DNA of 38,943 nucleotides from NCBI GenBank assembly GCA_020536535.1, contig JAHLWZ010000952.1:1-38943 (forward strand), read 5' to 3'. The DNA comes from Pelomyxa schiedti. Taxonomy: Eukaryota > Protista > Evosea. The notes beneath the pieces are model-generated. The model had not been told where the DNA came from. It saw only the letters and a program-made list of their open reading frames with translations, and ran no database searches. The position numbers and the translations under genes were made by a program. This document shows, piece after piece, positions 35,301-38,943 of the stretch. The stretch's first letter is position 1. Each line of letters begins with the position of its first letter.

Positions 35301-37389
35301 GAACATAGTCTCTGGAAGAACTCCGATATTGACCTTTTTTTGATCGGATTAACTTCTGAATTGGCTTTGGAAAAAGTTCCTCCTCTGCTCACTAAACTGA
35401 AAGATGTAACATTTAACAGATAAAAAGTTTATATGCTAGCCTTAAAAAGGCTTCAGGTGTTGAACCTTGTATCATCCTGACAAAGAATGCTCTTACACTT
35501 GCCTTTGGATGGCCTTATCGCCACATTCAAATCATTCTGCACCTTTACAAGTAAGCTCTTAGACTTAAATGCACTTCTGAAAGAGATAGATCCATAGAAG
35601 ACGTTCTTTGTTCATTTGATTTAGACTGTGTTTGTTTTGCATTTGATGGATTGCAGGTTGATATCTTGGAACTCTTTAAAATTCATGCATCTGTTTTCAG
35701 GTTACCTGTATGCCCAGGGCGCTTCGTGCCCTTAATACACGTACCAACTTTGTTGATGTAAACTTATTTAAACATTTTCACTATGGACGCCATATTCGGT
35801 ACTTCTGCTCTAAATAGTCAAAAAAATAATGAGCACGTATCACTTCAGTGCTGTTAAATACTGGAAGAGAGGCTTTAACCTCAGACTACTTGCTCCAACT
35901 TTTTCCCTTTTATGCCCAGCACCTGAATTGGTAATATAGTTCGCCTCGGACAAAAAAAGCGCTTACTGCACATAGTATATTGACATTCCTGTTCTTGCTG
36001 GTGCCCTGTCAATCCAATATAAAGCGCAACGCGTCACCGAGTACGATTCAGCTTATATCCCAGTTGGGCCTTCCTATTCTGCAACTGCAATTTCGGAGCA
36101 CCTCAAGCGAAAATCTGACAAGATGGTAAAGCCAGCTGCTGTTCGTTTTATTGCCTTAGCCTCTTCAAGGTAACTGGTTTACTAAAATCTGGAAAATTGG
36201 CAAGTGCAAAGCTGTTCAGGCCTTTTTTTGTTGTGGGAGCACTCGACGAACTATTACAACATAACCTCTTTCAAAGCTCTGATTTAGGCACCAGTGGCAA
36301 GACAATACAGAGTCCCCCTCAGACATCCACAATACTCTCAGTCAGTTGCTCAATACCTCAAGGTGTCACCATACCGCCTGTTCTGCTACCAAGCACTAAG
36401 CCGTCCAGCTCACACAGTATTGTAGCAAAGATTCCAGCCTCACCCAATACAACTGTGCTGATGCTCAAATCGTTCTTAAAAGAACCTTCTTGGAGAGAGC
36501 TTTTGGGTGAACAGTTTATTCTACCATATTTTACCCAAATAGGTGGGTATCCAATGTAACAATAAGGGGGAACATAACCCTACACCAGAAGCGAAGATTT
36601 GGGACTTTCTTGCCGAGGGCAAAAGGATTTACCCCCCTCTGCCATCCGTATTCCGAGCATTTAATTGTACTCCTTTCTCCCAAGTCAAGGTTTTACCCTA
36701 AGTGTCCTAATACTCTATTCATACTCTGTATAGGTTATTCTCCTCGGCCAAGGTTTTCCAATTTATTTTTTCAAAATCTCACTAAAACCGAGTTTGCCCA
36801 CAGATCCCTACCACGGAGAAGGCCAGGCTGATGGATTGAGTTTCAGCGTACCCCCCAGCATCACTACTCCCCCTAGTCTTAAAAACATATTTCTGGAATT
36901 AAGAAGTGATATACCGGGCTTCAAGATGCCCACATGTGGTTGTCTTGACAGCTGGGCCAAACAGGTCCCTGAACTGATTCTCCAAAACCTCTGTTTTTTG
37001 AATATTAATTACCCCAACAGGGCGTACTCCTTCTCAACACCACATTGACAGTTGAAGCGGGAAAACCAAATTCACATAAGGACATTGGCTGGGCCAAATT
37101 CACAACCGCTGCGCTTCAAATGTTAGCCAAGGGAGGGAAACCTCTTGTCTTCATACTTCTTGGCAAGTTTGCTCAGGAATACTGCTCGGAGGTTTTTCCC
37201 TCAAAACTCTCACAGAAAGCACTCACAAACATCTCTCACCAGGTGACACTTGGTGCTAACACTCTCGTTTTGAAAGCGGCACACCCATCGCCCTTCTCTG
37301 CTCAAAAGTTCTTTGGCTGCCGCGTATTCAGCAAAGCCAACGCCTTCCTCCTCAGTCACCACCAATCCCCAATCAACTGGAATCTCTAA
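29312..37389 (+). CDS. Giant multidomain protein: BRCT - WGR - PARP regulatory - PARP catalytic (PARP4/vPARP-like) - OB - OB - SAM - nucleotidyltransferase-like - uracil-DNA glycosylase
   Basis: [33 protein letters not shown]; [20 protein letters not shown]; FYSLIPH; catalytic LLFHGS, GTGLYF, KYT, DDEYVIYD; RPA70-like [18 protein letters not shown] and [29 protein letters not shown]; [25 protein letters not shown]; NTase GGSVL..SDIDLFL..FDLDC; UNG GQDPYH, LLLN, HPSPFS. About 40 short introns give a continuous reading frame. Confidence 0.8.
36470..37389 (+). CDS. UNG: Uracil-DNA glycosylase family 1 domain (C-terminal part of the PARP fusion gene)
   Basis: [88 protein letters not shown]. Confidence 0.92.
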
Positions 37390-37488
37390 ACCCCCCGATC
37401 GCTGATTCACCGGCTCCAAATCTGGATTCACTGAACCCCACACAACTCAAAAAGCACGCCACCCGAAAAAACAAAGAGGAAAGAATTA

Positions 37489-38226
37489 ATGACAGCCTAC
37501 TCAGCAGACGAGTTTCCTTGGTGCCACGAGACCGTGTCGGCAACGCCAGCGGCTCAGCTCCTCCAGCACATCAAAGACCAGGTTTTGCCCCTCAGCCCGC
37601 GGGGCCGCGGCATCCTGCGCCTCGTGTGCCGTCGCCCCTCGGCGCAGACCACGGCCCGGGAGGTACTCGTGGGCTCCTCCTCCTCCTCCTCCGGGCCTGC
37701 GGGGTGGCTGGTGGAGGTGGGCAGGGGCCTGCAGGGAGACAGCTACATGCAGAGGGGGTCGAGGAAGACCGCGGACGGGTCCCCGCACCCCGACGCCCAG
37801 ATAGCCGCGATTAACTCGCGGGTGGCTGAGTTCCTCGTGAGGAACTCGCTGGGCGGCGGGGTGTATGATTCGATGGGGGAGGGGGACAGGCACAGGGCGT
37901 GGGGGGCACTGGGTGACCAGCTGTATCTCGACTTGGACATAACTGGGGCTGGGATCAGCCCAGGCACGCGGGTTCTCGTTGGAACTGACGCCGTTCTTGA
38001 GGTGACTACTAAGCCCCACACTGGGTGCCCAAAATTTGAGCAGAGGCTTGGAAGGTACAGTGGATTCTATTCTTGCCCCAGCCCTAACAAATAAAACAAA
38101 ACAAGCCACACTCTTGAACTGGTCAAAACAGAAGAAGGATTGAATTTAAGGCTAAGGGGCATATACTTCAGGGTGATTACCCCAGGAATCATCAAAAACG
38201 GAGACCCAGTTGTTATAATCGAGTGA
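37489..38226 (+). CDS. MOSC-domain protein of bacterial type (one intron)
   Basis: GLQGD, DGSPHPDAQ, GDQLYLDLD, GTRVLVG, VLEVTTKPHTGCPKF (conserved MOSC Cys). An intron at ~38055-38106 leads to LRLRGIYFRVITPGIIKNGD, with stop at 38226. Confidence 0.85.
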
Positions 38227-38943
38227 ATAAACAACGCTTTTTTGTAGACACGGCTGTTTACAAAAGAAGGAAAACTGCTCCAACAACGGAATTGCCGTAG
38301 TGGGGGTGAAACTGGTATTATAATAAATGGTTACAAACCTTTTCCTTTATTAGCATTCATGCAAAATACAAAATACTGTATGTAGAAACATCGCAGTTGG
38401 CTTTGTCTTTGATAAATCAGCTGATCTAGGTTTTTCCTTTTTAAGAGCTTCAGCTACACAGTGTGGTATGCCACGGGAGCAGGGTGGATGGTGGAATATC
38501 GTTTTAAGTGTTTTCAGCCTTAAAACTGCGGAAGTTTGTGTAACTAAAGGGTCATACATTAACCTCAAGTGCAACCAAGCTTACATCCAACAATAGTGAC
38601 GTACCTTGGAAGTCATGCAGTGCACTTTCTTAATTTTTTTCAATATCCAACCCCTATTCATTCTGGAACACTCCAGCACTTCAAGAGGATGAAATGGTAT
38701 CGGGATAAGTAGTTGGGGTAGCCACAGCACCATTACTTGGCGTAGCATCAAATTTTGACCACATGCGCCATCAAGGTTCGGACAGGTCCAACCTCCTAAA
38801 TGAGGTTTCTGTGCACCCCAACACCGACAATTGCAAGAAGGAATTCCCCAAATAAAGTACGCTGTCTCCCCATCTCCTACGGAAATAAATAGGAAACTCG
38901 TATTATTTCACAACATAATTAAATATTCCAGACAAACCAAACC

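Noticed and set aside
2418-37389. RNase H2, SMC1 and PARP-UNG as a genome-maintenance cluster
   Set aside because: They are separated by unrelated signalling genes, so chance co-location is sufficient.
37501-38109. 202-aa minus-strand ORF
   Set aside because: Antisense to the GC-rich MOSC exon, with no motifs of its own.
38350-38943. Possible partial minus-strand gene at the window end
   Set aside because: Open frames and splice-like sites exist, but no product is recognisable, so it cannot be supported.

Overview
Gene-dense eukaryotic DNA with many short (~40-60 nt) introns, so most six-frame ORFs are exon fragments. The compact layout and gene set suggest a protist, possibly an amoebozoan (inference only). 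By manual splicing I reconstruct about ten genes: RNase H2 subunit A, a Rab7-like GTPase, cohesin SMC1 with a long N-terminal extension, an apparently disrupted protein kinase, a small Cys-tailed protein, a single-pass receptor with a cytoplasmic RasGAP domain, an F-box/Arf-like GTPase fusion, an ankyrin/ZZ-finger protein, a giant PARP fusion and a bacterial-type MOSC protein. The best candidate for an undescribed system is a ~40-intron, ~2,000-aa gene (29312-37389). It appears to join a PARP4/vault-PARP-like module (BRCT-WGR-regulatory-catalytic) to two RPA70-like OB folds, a SAM domain, a Pol-beta-superfamily nucleotidyltransferase and a family-1 uracil-DNA glycosylase. The second is a C-type lectin/FN3-like/EGF receptor ending in an intact RasGAP domain. 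All exon boundaries were inferred by eye and need RNA-seq confirmation.
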